Below, piece by piece: positions 63,246 through 64,000 of a DNA stretch of 64,000 nt. The stretch is from Candidatus Marinacidobacterales bacterium (GTDB taxonomy: Bacteria > Acidobacteriota > Vicinamibacteria > Marinacidobacterales > SMYC01), in assembly GCA_965237955.1 (NCBI GenBank), contig OZ250169.1:3104001-3168000 (forward strand). The letters are read 5' to 3'. The position numbers were made by a program, and so were the translations under genes. Under the pieces are notes generated by a model. The model did not search any database. It was not told the origin of the DNA and saw nothing but the letters and a program-made list of their open reading frames with translations. Positions within the stretch are counted from its first letter, which is position 1. Each line of letters begins with the position of its first letter.

Positions 63246-64000
63246 CTGCCTTGGTGCACAACTCCGATAGAGGCCGAGAGCTCGCTTGGCCCCGACTCCC
63301 ATCATCCGATCATCTCGCTATCAGGCATCCCGAGCGCCGTCATGGTGTTGAGAATCTTGCACCCGATCCTTGCCTCGACTCTCTGTGCCGCCAACCCTCT
63401 CGCTCGCATCGCTGAGCCCACGATAGCCTTGTAGCGATGGAACGTTGTCTCGACTTTGCTCCGTTTGCTGTAGCCCGATTCTGTGTGCCACTTTCGTTTG
63501 CCGAGCCGAGCTTGTGCTGCAATGTTGCGATTACGCTGTCGGCTGCTCGCCGGCCCCGATGCGAGCTGGGCGCCCTTGCGCGGCGGTATCAGCACCCTCG
63601 GCGAGCGATGAGCGCTGTGATTCTCGATCGCCTCATAGACGCCGCTGGCGTCGTATGCGGTGTCAGCTCTGGCCGATGAGATGGGACTGTCGATCTGTCC
63701 GACAAGCGATGCAACCCGCGATGAATCGCGGGCTCTTTTGCTCGTCAGCTCGCAGGCGATGACTTCGCCACTCTGCTCGTCGACACACAGATGGAGCTTG
63801 CGATAGTCCCTGCTCTTTGATGCTCTGCGCAGCTGGCCGGCGTGGACAGCGAGACCGCTGCTGTCGATCAAGATGTGCAACGGCGTCTTCTGCTTGTCTT
63901 GGTAGAAGGGGACCTTACCCAGCTTCGCCTTGCGCCTCGAGATCGTGGTGTGATTGGGCACATCATTGTCTAGCTTCATCAGAGCGAACAATGATCGCAG
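63246..64000 (-). mobile_element. IS5-family element, second copy (partial at window edge)
   Basis: Near-identical to 50792-51545. Confidence 0.92.

Overview
High-GC bacterial DNA, probably Acidobacteriota (inferred from an ADOP-permease fragment, a PQQ propeller, a TonB receptor and DUF2911). Positions ~1-51.9 kb are a heavily rearranged accessory/defence island. It holds an AAA ATPase + S8 protease pair, an orphan HsdR + M48 peptidase, three copies of a DUF2924 + large serine recombinase (LSR) module, two copies of an NSS transporter, a Dam + PD-(D/E)XK pair, and two bacterial ubiquitination-like loci: Ubl-E2-JAB-E1, and XRE + ImmA/IrrE + Ubl + a truncated partner. IS21, IS200, IS110, IS5, IS1, IS3, IS256 and ISKra4-like elements or remnants are interspersed. 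The island is punctuated by 16 full or partial copies of one transposon end (...TTTCAAAAGGGCCGAGTTTTGGCACAGGACG), 14 of them in the same orientation and many abutting cut-off genes, plus two related end types. Positions ~52-63 kb are core genome (dprA remnant, TPR/lipoprotein/BamA-like operon, rplU-rpmA-obgE-nadD-rsfS, a sigma54 activator, lapB-like, comF) bracketed by two direct copies of an IS5 element. All calls come from reading motifs by eye; no searches were run, and single-base frameshifts may be sequencing errors.
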